Source: Chthoniobacterales bacterium (lineage in GTDB: Bacteria > Verrucomicrobiota > Verrucomicrobiia > Chthoniobacterales > JACTMZ01). From it: a DNA stretch of 50,908 nucleotides. Below are positions 8,845 through 17,866 of the stretch, one piece after another. Made by a program: the position numbers and the translations under genes. Where the stretch lies: NCBI GenBank assembly GCA_049451035.1, contig JBMTVD010000003.1, forward strand, positions 1 to 50,908. Reading direction: 5' to 3'. The notes beneath the pieces were generated by a model. That model had not been told where the DNA came from. It did not search any database and saw nothing but the letters and a program-made list of their open reading frames with translations. Position 1 is the stretch's first letter, and every line of letters starts with the position of its first letter.

Positions 8845-10361
8845 ACCGCTCCGTCCCGGGCAAGCAACTCGTCGGCTTCTCTCGGGCCCCAGCTCCCCGC
8901 CGGATAAAAGTCGAGCCTTGGTGCGGCCCCGTCATCCCATGCCGCGCGGATGCCGTCGATAAAGTGCCATGCGTGTTCGACCTCGTCGCGCCGCGCGAAG
9001 AGCGTGGCGTCGCCGCTCATGGCGTCGAGCAAGAGACGCTCGTAAGCCTCCGGGGTGGCTTTGCCGAAGGATGTGCCGTAATGGAAGTCCATCTTGACCG
9101 GCTCGATTTGCAGGAGCGCGCCCGGCATTTTGGCGGCCATGCGGAAGGAGATGCCCTCGTCGGGCTGGATGCGGATGACCAGCGTGTTGGCATCCTGCAG
9201 CTGGCTCTCGCGGTTGAACAGCACGGGTGGCGTGGGGCGGAACTGGATGGCGATCTCCGTTCCCGATTTGGGCAGCCGTTTGCCCACGCGCACGAAAAAG
9301 GGCACGCCCGCCCACCGCCAATTGTCGATGTGCAGCCGCAGGGCGACATAAGTCTCGGTCGTGGAGTCGGGGGCCACGCCGGGTTCCTCCCGGTAGGCCG
9401 GCACTTCGCGTCCGTTGATGAAGCCCGCGGTGTATTGCGCGCGCACCACGTTTTCGGCCACGGTCTTGCCGGTCAGAGGTCGCAGGGCGCGCAAAACTTT
9501 GACTTTCTCGTCCCGCACCGCGTCGGCACCGAGGTCGGTCGGCGGCTCCATGGCGGTGAGGCAGAGCAGTTGCAGCAGGTGGTTTTGCACCATGTCGCGC
9601 AGCGCTCCGGATTTCTCGTAGTAGCCCGCGCGGGTCTCGACGCCGAGAGGTTCACTTGCCGTGATCTGCACGTTTTCCACGTAGCGGTGGTTCCAGAGCG
9701 CTTCGAACACCGTGTTGGCGAAGCGCAGGACCATGAGATTCTGGGCCGTTTCCTTGCCCAGATAATGGTCGATGCGGAATGTGTCGCGTTCGGGGAAGGC
9801 GGCGGCGACCGCCTCGTTGAGGCGGTGCGCGCTGGGCAGGTCGGTGCCGAAAGGCTTCTCCACGATGATCCTCGACCACGCGCCTTCCCTGGCATGGCTG
9901 AGTCCGCTGCCCCGCAGGTTTTCCAGGATCACGTCGAATTCTGTCGGGGAGGAGGCGAGGTAAAAAAGGCGGTTGCCGCGCGTCCCGAGCCGCGCATCGA
10001 GCGTCTCGAGTTCCCGGCCCAGCGAGAGATAGCCGTCGGCCTCGTCGAAACTGCTCCGGTGGTAAAAAATATTCGCCGCGAAGCGCGCCCACAGCTCGTC
10101 GTTGACCGGCCGGCGGGAGTACTTTCGTGCCGCTTCGCCGAGTTCCGCGCGGAATCCCTCGTTGGTTTTGTCGCGTCGCGCAAAGCAGACGACGGCCAGT
10201 CCCGAAGGGAGGTTGCCATCCGCGGCGAGGTTGTAGAGTGCGGGGATCAACTTGCGGCGGGTGAGGTCTCCCGTCGCGCCGAAAATGACCAGGGCACACG
10301 GCTCCGCCACGGCCCGGTTGACGAGCCCTTCTCGGAAAGGGTTGTGGTTTTCGGTATCCAT
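8829..10361 (-). CDS. zwf: Glucose-6-phosphate 1-dehydrogenase
   Basis: 'GATGDL', 'EKPFG', 'RIDHYLGKE', 'DMVQNHLLQ', 'AYERLLLD'. Confidence 0.98.
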   Translation of the reverse strand: MDTENHNPFREGLVNRAVAEPCALVIFGATGDLTRRKLIPALYNLAADGNLPSGLAVVCFARRDKTNEGFRAELGEAARKYSRRPVNDELWARFAANIFYHRSSFDEADGYLSLGRELETLDARLGTRGNRLFYLASSPTEFDVILENLRGSGLSHAREGAWSRIIVEKPFGTDLPSAHRLNEAVAAAFPERDTFRIDHYLGKETAQNLMVLRFANTVFEALWNHRYVENVQITASEPLGVETRAGYYEKSGALRDMVQNHLLQLLCLTAMEPPTDLGADAVRDEKVKVLRALRPLTGKTVAENVVRAQYTAGFINGREVPAYREEPGVAPDSTTETYVALRLHIDNWRWAGVPFFVRVGKRLPKSGTEIAIQFRPTPPVLFNRESQLQDANTLVIRIQPDEGISFRMAAKMPGALLQIEPVKMDFHYGTSFGKATPEAYERLLLDAMSGDATLFARRDEVEHAWHFIDGIRAAWDDGAAPRLDFYPAGSWGPREADELLARDGAVWRRL

Positions 10362-10370
10362 ACTTTCGCC

Positions 10371-11261
10371 TCAGGAGGTCGCGCGCTCGAGCGAGCGGGC
10401 CAGAGTGATGGCAGGGCCCGATCGATTCAAGATGTAGAGATGGATGCCCGGTGCGCCGCGTCGCAGCAATTCTTTGATCTGGTGGTACGCCCAAGTGACG
10501 CCGACCGCCTCGCCGGCGCGCGGTTCTTCTTCCACCACCTGCAGTTGCTCGACGAGGGCGCGCGGCAATGACGAGCCGCACATCGGACCAAACCGCTGCA
10601 CCTGCGCCAGCGAGAGAGCCGGCAGCAAGCCGGGAACAACGGGCAATCCGATGCCGTGCTCGCGGCACTGTCCCAAAAAACGGAAATAGTGTTCGTTGTC
10701 GAAAAAGAGCTGCGTGGTCAGGAACGACGCGCCGGCCTGCGTTTTGATCTTGAGGTGCTTCAGATCGTCTTCCATCGAGGAAGCTTCGGGGTGTTTTTCG
10801 GGGTAGGCGCCCGCGCCCAGGCACATGTCGGGAAAATTTTCCCTGATCAGGGCGATCAAATCGCTTGCGTACCGCAGGCCGTCGGGGCTCGGCACGAATT
10901 CGGTCTGCCCCTTGGGCGGATCGCCGCGCAGGGCCATGATGTTGCGGATGCCGTCTGCATGGTATCCGGCCACGATGTCGAGCAGTTCCCCGCGGGTCGA
11001 TCCGACACAGGTCAGGTGCGGCATGACGAGCCAGCCGAATTCCTCGCGGAGGATCCTCGCGTATTTGAAGGTCCGCTCGCGGGTGGTGCCGCCGGCGCCG
11101 TAGGTGATGGATACAAAATCAGGCCGGTAGGGTTTGAGGGCTTCGGCAGTGCGCAGGAGTTGCCGGCCGCCTTCCTCGTTTTTGGGCGGAAAAAATTCCA
11201 CGGACAGCTTGGGCGGTCCGCTGGCAAGAAGTTCGGTGATGGGCCTGTCGACGGCGGGCAT
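10371..11261 (-). CDS. metF: 5,10-methylenetetrahydrofolate reductase
   Basis: 'SVEFFPPK', 'SITYGAGG', 'PHLTCV', 'ALRGDPP', 'YPEKHP', 'TQLFFDN'. Start at ATG 11261. Confidence 0.95.
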   Translation of the reverse strand: MPAVDRPITELLASGPPKLSVEFFPPKNEEGGRQLLRTAEALKPYRPDFVSITYGAGGTTRERTFKYARILREEFGWLVMPHLTCVGSTRGELLDIVAGYHADGIRNIMALRGDPPKGQTEFVPSPDGLRYASDLIALIRENFPDMCLGAGAYPEKHPEASSMEDDLKHLKIKTQAGASFLTTQLFFDNEHYFRFLGQCREHGIGLPVVPGLLPALSLAQVQRFGPMCGSSLPRALVEQLQVVEEEPRAGEAVGVTWAYHQIKELLRRGAPGIHLYILNRSGPAITLARSLERATS

Positions 11262-11353
11262 GGCAAAAGGAGGCGCATGGTGCACCCGAAGTGGCGGTGT
11301 CCCCAAGGAAAATTGCGTTGCCAAAGAGGCGACGGGGCGCGGATGCTCTGCCG

Positions 11354-11509
11354 ATGGATCGTTCCTCGACCAATGATGCCCCGGTTTTGCCCGGTGCCGG
11401 CATTTTGTTGCTGTGCGTCGTTCTCCTGCTGGCCGGCTACGTTGCAGCGGGCCTGCGGCCCACGGGATCGGCGGCGGTCACCGAGGAAACTGTGCCATCG
11501 GCGCTTTGA
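11354..11509 (+). CDS. Putative 51-aa single-pass membrane peptide
   Basis: MDRSS...GILLLCVVLLLAGYVAAGL... has one hydrophobic helix. Its TGA overlaps the ATG of the next gene (TGATG at 11507-11511). Confidence 0.5.
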   Translation: MDRSSTNDAPVLPGAGILLLCVVLLLAGYVAAGLRPTGSAAVTEETVPSAL

Positions 11510-12462
11510 TGAGTTGTCCGGTCGAAACGAATGACTTGCGCCGTTCGTTCGGCGAGCGGCAGGCCCTCGGCGGGGTCACCTTTTCGGTGGGTGAAGGCGA
11601 AATCTTCGGATTGCTCGGCCCCAACGGGGGCGGCAAAACCACGCTTTTCCGTATCCTTTGCACCCTGCTTCCGCCCAGCGGTGGCAGTGCGAGGGTTTGC
11701 GGCTTCGATACCGTGTCCGAACCGTCGGGCGTGCGCTCGTCGATCGGGGTGGTCTTCCAGTCGCCCAGCCTCGATCCGCACCTCACGGTGGCGGAAAACC
11801 TCCGCTACGGGGGCAATCTCCACGGGTTGCACGGCGCGGAGCTCGAGAACCGCTGGCAGGAAACGGCCGCGGCCCTGCGTGTCGATGATCGGGCCGGCGA
11901 TCTGGTGAAGAACCTTTCCGGCGGATTGCAGCGTCGCGTGGAAATTGCCAAGAGCCTCCTGCCGCGTCCGCGCGTCCTGCTGCTCGACGAACCTTCGACG
12001 GGTCTCGATCCCGTCGCGCGCGTCGATCTCTGGGCCATCCTCGAGCAGTTGCGAGAACGGTTCGGCATCACCACCGTCCTGACCACGCACTTGATGGACG
12101 AGGCCGAGCGTTGCCGGCGCGTGGCTATCCTGCACCGCGGCCAACTGCTCGCCTGCGACACACCCGATGCGCTGCGCGCCACCGTCGGTGCCGACGTTCT
12201 CACGCTCGTCTGCCGCCGGCCCGACATGCTGGCGGAGCAGTTGCAGGCCAGGTTCGGATGGACGCCCGTGGTGCATGAAGGCGCGGTGCGTCTCGAGATT
12301 CCCAAGGCCCACGCCGAAGTGGCGCGCATTGTCGAAGCCTTCCCCGGGGAAATCCAATCGGTCACCGCCGGTCGCCCGACGCTCGAGGATGTGTTCGTGC
12401 ACATGACCGGGGAGCGGTTGGGGGGACCGTTTTTCGAAACCGGAAAAAAGAAAAAGAAATGA
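11509..12462 (+). CDS. ABC-2 type (DrrA-like) exporter ATP-binding subunit
   Basis: GPNGGGKTT, LSGGLQRR, LLLDEPSTGLD, TTHLMDEAE, C-terminal PTLEDVF. Confidence 0.92.
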   Translation: MSCPVETNDLRRSFGERQALGGVTFSVGEGEIFGLLGPNGGGKTTLFRILCTLLPPSGGSARVCGFDTVSEPSGVRSSIGVVFQSPSLDPHLTVAENLRYGGNLHGLHGAELENRWQETAAALRVDDRAGDLVKNLSGGLQRRVEIAKSLLPRPRVLLLDEPSTGLDPVARVDLWAILEQLRERFGITTVLTTHLMDEAERCRRVAILHRGQLLACDTPDALRATVGADVLTLVCRRPDMLAEQLQARFGWTPVVHEGAVRLEIPKAHAEVARIVEAFPGEIQSVTAGRPTLEDVFVHMTGERLGGPFFETGKKKKK

Positions 12463-13253
12463 GTGCGCCGCGGACACAACTATGGCTTCCGGCAGTCGCC
12501 CTTTGGCGTCGCGAAATCGTCCGTTTCCTCCGTCAGAAAAACCGCGTGATCGGCGCCTTGGCCACGCCGCTGGTCTTCTGGGTGCTCATCGGTTCCGGTG
12601 TCGGGCCGGGCTTCCGTCTGCCCGGCTTGCCGGCCGACATGACTTATCTCGCCTACTTTTTCCCGGGCACGGTGGTGCTTATTCTTCTTTTCACCGCGAT
12701 TTTTTCGACGATTTCCATCATCGAGGATCGGCGCGAGGGATTTCTGCAGGGCGTCTTGGTCGCCCCCGTCGCCCCGGAGGCCATCGTGCTCGGAAAGTTT
12801 CTCGGCGGCATGACGCTGGCCGCCGGGCAGGCATTGCTGTTCTGTCTCGCCGCACCCCTGGCGGGCGTGCCGTTCGATGCCTTTGTCATAGCACGCCTGG
12901 TCCCGGCCTTGTTGGTGGTCGGCTTCAGCCTGGTCGGGTTGGGCTTCCTCATCGCCTGGCCGCTCGACTCGACGCAGGGCTTTCATGCGATCATGAATGT
13001 CTTTCTCATGCCGCTTTGGATGCTGTCGGGTTCGCTTTTCCCGGCGGCCCCCGATTCGTGGGTGCGCTACGCGGTCGCGCTCAACCCCGTGGCCTACGGC
13101 ACGGCGGCAGTCCGACGGGCTTTCTACGGCGATGGCGTGGTCCTCGGAATGGTTCCGTCCTACGGCACGGCCATGCTTGTTTCTTCGGCTTTCGCTTTGG
13201 TGATGTTCTTGCTCGCCGTCTGGTTGGTGCGTCGCAAGAGGGCGGTGGTCTGA
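12459..13253 (+). CDS. ABC-2 type exporter permease
   Basis: About six hydrophobic segments, 'EDRREGFLQGVLVAP', 'LSGSLFP', 'LNPVAY'. ATGA overlap with the ATPase. Confidence 0.9.
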   Translation: MSAPRTQLWLPAVALWRREIVRFLRQKNRVIGALATPLVFWVLIGSGVGPGFRLPGLPADMTYLAYFFPGTVVLILLFTAIFSTISIIEDRREGFLQGVLVAPVAPEAIVLGKFLGGMTLAAGQALLFCLAAPLAGVPFDAFVIARLVPALLVVGFSLVGLGFLIAWPLDSTQGFHAIMNVFLMPLWMLSGSLFPAAPDSWVRYAVALNPVAYGTAAVRRAFYGDGVVLGMVPSYGTAMLVSSAFALVMFLLAVWLVRRKRAVV

Positions 13254-13981
13254 TGCACCCGGCGACCAAAGCCACGGTTGCGCAGATTGCTCTGGCGTTG
13301 GCCATCGTCGCGGTTCTTGTCTGGTTGGCCCAAACCGCGCCCTTCCTCGGGGCCGTGGAGCAGACGGAGGACGTCGTCCGTCATTGGGGTGCGCTGAGTA
13401 TTCTGGTCTATCCGCTGCTGGTCATGGCGGCGACGGTGCTTTTCCTGCCCGGGGGCGTCCTCAGTCTCGGCGGGGGTTTCTTTTTCGGATTGTGGTGGGG
13501 CACGGCGCTCGTGCTCGCGGGAAATTTGCTGGGGGCGGCCGTGGCATTTTGGGTCGGCCATTACCTCGGACGCCGCTTCGTCCGGGAGAAAATTCTCTGC
13601 GACGACCGCTGGGCGGCGCTTGACCGCGCCATCTCGCGCCGCGGTCCGCGCATCATTTTTTTCAGCCAACTCAACCCGCTCTTTCCAACCAGTCTTTTCA
13701 ACTATCTCTACGGCATCACCAAAGTCGGCTTTTGGGCCTGCATGAAGTGGGTCGCGCTCGGTCGTTTGCCGGGTATTTTTCTCTACTGCTACTTCGGGAC
13801 CCTCGGCCAACTGGGAGTCCGCATCATCAGGGGCGAGTCTGTCCCCGGCGTCATGGACTACGTCATCTGGGGCGGCGGCCTGATCCTCACCATTGTTGTC
13901 GCTGCCGTTCTCGGCCATACCGCGACCAAGGTCATCGAGGAATACCGGCAAGCCGCGCCGGCCGAGGGAGAAGACGATTAG
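13253..13981 (+). CDS. TVP38/TMEM64 (DedA superfamily) membrane protein
   Basis: 'LFLPGGVLSLGGGFFFGLWWG', 'GAAVAFWVG', 'LNPLFPTSLFNYLYG'. TGATG coupling at 13251-13255. Confidence 0.85.
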   Translation: MHPATKATVAQIALALAIVAVLVWLAQTAPFLGAVEQTEDVVRHWGALSILVYPLLVMAATVLFLPGGVLSLGGGFFFGLWWGTALVLAGNLLGAAVAFWVGHYLGRRFVREKILCDDRWAALDRAISRRGPRIIFFSQLNPLFPTSLFNYLYGITKVGFWACMKWVALGRLPGIFLYCYFGTLGQLGVRIIRGESVPGVMDYVIWGGGLILTIVVAAVLGHTATKVIEEYRQAAPAEGEDD

Positions 13982-14027
13982 TCCGGCGGGGTTGTTGCCG
14001 CACTCCTGTTCAGCTACTTTGCCCCGC

Positions 14028-15500
14028 TTGTCCGCCGCCTTTTCGAAAGTCCGTCTTTTCCTTGTCCTGTCGCTGGTTCTCGTGCCGGCAGGTCGGGTCA
14101 TGGCCGCCGGATGGGATGTCCGCACGCTCGGCGGTCGGGACTACGTCCCGATCAATCAGGTCGCGCGCTTCTACCAGATGCGCGAGGTGGCGCGCGGCGA
14201 CAAGGGTGTTTCGCTGGTCTCGGATACGCGCCGCATGGACTTCAATCGCGGGTCCCGCGAGGCACGGATCGACGGGGTCAAGCATTGGCTTTCCTTTCCC
14301 GTCATGTCTTTCGGCGGACGGCTTTACGTGTCGCGCATGGATCTCTCCAAGACGATCGATCCGGCCATGCGTCCGCAAAAAATCCCCGGACTTCAACCGG
14401 TGCGGGCCGTCCTGCTTGACCCGGGTCACGGCGGCCACGATCGCGGTGCGGTCAACCGCCGCGGCACGGAGAAGTCCTACAACCTGTCCATCGCGCTGGA
14501 AGTCCAGCGCCGACTTCGCGAAGCGGGACTGCGCGCGGAACTGACGCGCAACAACGACCGCTTCATTCCCCTCGAGGCGCGGCCGGCCATGGCCCGGCGT
14601 CTGGGGGAGGGGACAATCTTCGTCAGCATCCATTGCAACGCCTCGTCGCAGAGGGTATCGGCGGCCACGGGTTATGAAATTTATACTCTGACGCCGCGCG
14701 GAGCGCCGAACAGCAACGACTCGTTTCTGACCCGCCGCAGTTTTTCGGGTGAAACGGGGCACCGCTTCGATCACGCCAACCAGGCGCTGGCCGCGGCCAT
14801 CTACCACGCGATGCTCGGCCGTCTGCCGATGTTCGATCGCGGCATGAAGCGCGCTCGCTTCGCTGTTCTTCGCCGCGCGGTCACTCCCGCTGTCCTCGTC
14901 GAGTGCGGTTTTCTGACCAATCCCCGTGATGCCCAAAAGCTCGAAAGCCCGGCTTGGCGGAAGCGTTTGGCCGACTCGATCGCGCGCGGCATCATCGAAT
15001 TCTGCAACCTTTCGCGAGCCAAGACGATGCCCAAGCTGCTGGCCCAATACCGCGCGGCCGAAGCCAGGGATTTGGAGGGAACGGAATTCGACTACCAGCC
15101 CCTCGAGGGTATCGGGGCGGCCGTGCGCAGCGGCTTCGCTTCCGCGCAGGGCTGGCGAGGTCTCCTCACGGTACCGCTGGGCGAGACGCCCCCCCCGTTC
15201 CGCATGGAATTCGAGCCGCCCGGTTGGGTGCGGCTTGAGGCCCGGGCCGCGGTGGGCGAGGATGCCCGATCGATGGTTGCCGACGAGCAGGAAACCCTCA
15301 TGGACCAATCCGGATGGCCTCCTCCGGCCCCGGCCTTCGGAGGGCTGGAAGGTTGGCGCGGACTGCTTCCGCCGAGCGGCCTCGACCGCGGTTTCCGGCT
15401 CTTTCCGGAAAAAGCCGGGCCTCTGGCCGGGAAGCCGGGTGCCGATGCCCGCGGGCCTGCAGAAGTGGAAATACCGGAAATCACGGGGGGGATCTTGTGA
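14028..15500 (+). CDS. N-acetylmuramoyl-L-alanine amidase (Amidase_3) with a C-terminal extension
   Basis: Signal-peptide-like N-terminus, 'LLDPGHGGHD', 'EK..NL', 'SIHCNA', 'PAVLVECGFLTN'. TTG start at 14028 is inferred. Confidence 0.88.
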   Translation: MSAAFSKVRLFLVLSLVLVPAGRVMAAGWDVRTLGGRDYVPINQVARFYQMREVARGDKGVSLVSDTRRMDFNRGSREARIDGVKHWLSFPVMSFGGRLYVSRMDLSKTIDPAMRPQKIPGLQPVRAVLLDPGHGGHDRGAVNRRGTEKSYNLSIALEVQRRLREAGLRAELTRNNDRFIPLEARPAMARRLGEGTIFVSIHCNASSQRVSAATGYEIYTLTPRGAPNSNDSFLTRRSFSGETGHRFDHANQALAAAIYHAMLGRLPMFDRGMKRARFAVLRRAVTPAVLVECGFLTNPRDAQKLESPAWRKRLADSIARGIIEFCNLSRAKTMPKLLAQYRAAEARDLEGTEFDYQPLEGIGAAVRSGFASAQGWRGLLTVPLGETPPPFRMEFEPPGWVRLEARAAVGEDARSMVADEQETLMDQSGWPPPAPAFGGLEGWRGLLPPSGLDRGFRLFPEKAGPLAGKPGADARGPAEVEIPEITGGIL

Positions 15501-16612
15501 GAGTGCGCTGGTCGCCGGACGCGCCGCGGCCTGTTGCGCTGGTTCGCCGCGGCTTTTCGCCGACCGGCGGTGCGGAAAAATTTCTCGCTCGGTTCGCCGC
15601 GGCGGCCGCCAAGACGGGTCGGCATCTTGTGCTGGTTACCGACCGACCATGGCCGGAGGAAGCCAGGGTCGGTATGCCGCAGACCGTGCTTCGCGGCAAG
15701 ACGCCCGGGGCTTTTGCCGCTTCGGTTGCGCGCTGGCGAAAGACATGGGGAGACGGGATTGTCTTCAGCTTCGAGCGTTTGCAGGGAGCCGATTGCTACC
15801 GGGCCGGCGACGGGGTGCATGTCGCGTGGATGCGCCGCCGCCGCGAGTACGATCCTCCCGTGCACGTCCTGTTGCGGAGGATTTCGGGCAAGCACCGCGA
15901 CTTGGTGCGCTTGGAAAAGAACTGCTTTTCGGCCGCCCACACCGGGGCGGTCATCGTCAACTCTCTTCTTGTCCGGGAAGAGATCGAGCGCATTTACGGC
16001 TATCCGGCTGCGCGGATCCACCTTGTGCGCAACGGCGTGCCGGAGGATTACGCCGCCGGCGTGCCCGGCAAACGCGAGGCCCGGCGTCTGCTCGGCCTGC
16101 CCGAGACGGGCTTTGTTGCGGCTTTCGCCGGCACGGGGTGGAAGCGCAAAGGCCTGCGCTACGCGATCGCCGCCTTGGACCGTGCGGGTCTTTCGGATGC
16201 CAAGCTGGCTGTCGCCGGTCGCGGTCGGCGCCCCGCTTTGAGCGGTCCCGGTGTTGTTTTCCTCGGTCCGTTGCGTGATGTGCGTCCACTGCTTTCCGCG
16301 GCCGATGCATTCATTCTCCCCACGGTCTATGACCCTTTCAGCAATGCGTGCCTCGAGGCGCTGGCCGTGGGACGTCCCGTCATCACCAGCGCGGCGAACG
16401 GTTGCGCGGAAATCATCCGGGAGGGCATTACCGGCTCGGTAGTGCAGCGTCCCGACGCGATCGGCGGTCTGGCGACCGCCCTCGAATACTGGGCGCGCGA
16501 CGGTCGGGCGGCCGCCGCAGAGGCCGACTGCCGCGAGGCCGCCGCCGCTTGTTCTCTGGCTGAAAATGTCCGCTGCACCCTCGAAATTCTCGAGGGCATC
16601 GGCAAAGGTTGA
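15497..16612 (+). CDS. Glycosyltransferase family 4 (WaaG/WabG-like LPS core transferase)
   Basis: 'GGAE', 'FSFER', 'YRAGDGVH', 'RKG', 'LPTVYDPFSNACLEALA'. GTGA overlap with the amidase stop. Confidence 0.85.
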   Translation: MRVRWSPDAPRPVALVRRGFSPTGGAEKFLARFAAAAAKTGRHLVLVTDRPWPEEARVGMPQTVLRGKTPGAFAASVARWRKTWGDGIVFSFERLQGADCYRAGDGVHVAWMRRRREYDPPVHVLLRRISGKHRDLVRLEKNCFSAAHTGAVIVNSLLVREEIERIYGYPAARIHLVRNGVPEDYAAGVPGKREARRLLGLPETGFVAAFAGTGWKRKGLRYAIAALDRAGLSDAKLAVAGRGRRPALSGPGVVFLGPLRDVRPLLSAADAFILPTVYDPFSNACLEALAVGRPVITSAANGCAEIIREGITGSVVQRPDAIGGLATALEYWARDGRAAAAEADCREAAAACSLAENVRCTLEILEGIGKG

Positions 16613-16618
16613 GCGGCT

Positions 16619-17674
16619 TCAGCGCTTTTTTTTCTTTTCCTCGTCGGCCATTTCCTGGAGCCGGCGCATCTCGATGGCTTGCAAACCGACAATGGCGGCG
16701 ACCGCTGCGATCGTGTCGATATCGTCCGAGCGCGAGACATCCGCAGCGGGTTTGGTCAGCCCCGTGACGATCTGCCCGTAGGCCCGCGCCCCGAGGATGC
16801 CCGCCAATTTGCCGGCGATATGGCCGCTGTCGAGATCGGGAAAAACCAGAACGTTGGCACGGCCGGCCACGGCCGATTTCACGCCCTTGGCCTTCGCCGA
16901 TTCCCCGAGAAGCGCGGCGTCGAGTTCGAATTCTCCGTCGATCTCCATCTCAAGGTGTCGGTTCTGGGCGTGTTGCCGCGCCAAAGCGGCGGCGGCCGAC
17001 ATTTTTTCCGTGGTGCCGGCGTGGGGCGCATTGGCGCGGGTCGTGTAGCTGACCATGGCGACACGCGGCACTTCGCCGGTCAGTTGCCGGCAAAGATGTC
17101 CGGCCTGCAGCGCGATGGCCGCGAGTTGCTCGACATCGGGCGAAGGGATCACACCGCAGTCTGCCATGACCAGCACGCCTTTGTGCCCGATGTCCTCGCG
17201 CCCCGTGTCGGCGACCACGCAACTGCTGACGAGATCCTGCGACCCGGCGGGTTTGACCACGCGCAGCAGGGGCCGGAGCAATGATGTTGTGGGGGAATTG
17301 ATTCCCCCGACCACCCCGTCGGCGCGTCCGTATTGCACCATCATGGAGGCGTAGTAGTTGGGGTTGAGCAGAAGGGTGCGCGCATCGGCGAGGCCGAAGT
17401 TCTTGTAGCGGTCGAGCGTTTCGAGGAACCGGCAAAAGTCGGGAAGGTCGGCCGATGTTTCGGGATTGATCACTCCGAGGTGGTCGAAAGGAATGCGTTC
17501 CTGCCGGGCCACCTCCTCGATGACTGCACGACGCCCCAAAAGAATCGGCACGCCCAGCCCCAACTCGTAAAACCGCCGCCCGGCCAAGACGGTCCTGCGG
17601 TTTTCCCCCTCCGGGAAAACGATGCGTTTGGGGTGGCGCCGCAGCCGGCGAAAGACGGACTCGATGAAAGACAT
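16619..17674 (-). CDS. pta: Phosphate acetyltransferase-like (PTA_PTB family) protein
   Basis: 'RIVFPEGE', 'ADCGVIPSP...LAAIA', 'DGEFELDAAL', 'VAGRANVLVFPDL', 'KP..DVSR'. Several active-site positions are divergent. Confidence 0.8.
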   Translation of the reverse strand: MSFIESVFRRLRRHPKRIVFPEGENRRTVLAGRRFYELGLGVPILLGRRAVIEEVARQERIPFDHLGVINPETSADLPDFCRFLETLDRYKNFGLADARTLLLNPNYYASMMVQYGRADGVVGGINSPTTSLLRPLLRVVKPAGSQDLVSSCVVADTGREDIGHKGVLVMADCGVIPSPDVEQLAAIALQAGHLCRQLTGEVPRVAMVSYTTRANAPHAGTTEKMSAAAALARQHAQNRHLEMEIDGEFELDAALLGESAKAKGVKSAVAGRANVLVFPDLDSGHIAGKLAGILGARAYGQIVTGLTKPAADVSRSDDIDTIAAVAAIVGLQAIEMRRLQEMADEEKKKKR

Positions 17675-17796
17675 GGCGTACGCGCGATGTGCACACTGGA
17701 GGAGTTCGCTTCGCCGCTCAAGCCCGGACCCGGCCGCGATGTCCCCGGTGCCGCAGGAATCAGCGAAAAAATTTCAAAAAAATGTCTTCTAAGGGA

Positions 17797-17850
17797 TTGA
17801 CGGCAGGGGAGGCAGGGTGGTTTAAAGTGGGGCAAAGTGGTGGAAAATGG
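17797..17850 (+). promoter_or_regulatory. dcw promoter region with MraZ-binding direct repeats
   Basis: GTGG at 17817, 17827 and 17837, and ATGG at 17847, an exact 10-bp period (gggtgg-tttaaagtgg-ggcaaagtgg-tggaaaatgg). TTGACG (-35-like) at 17797-17802 and an A-rich tract upstream. Confidence 0.8.
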
Positions 17851-17866
17851 ATTCACCACCCTCAAA

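Noticed and set aside
11262-11353. Possible SAM or SAH riboswitch upstream of metF
   Set aside because: The 92-nt divergent gap has no recognisable aptamer core. An Rfam/Infernal scan would be decisive.
16611-16640. Possible terminator between the convergent GT4 and pta genes
   Set aside because: The stem is only about 4 bp and the T run is explained by the Lys codons (KKKKR) of pta.
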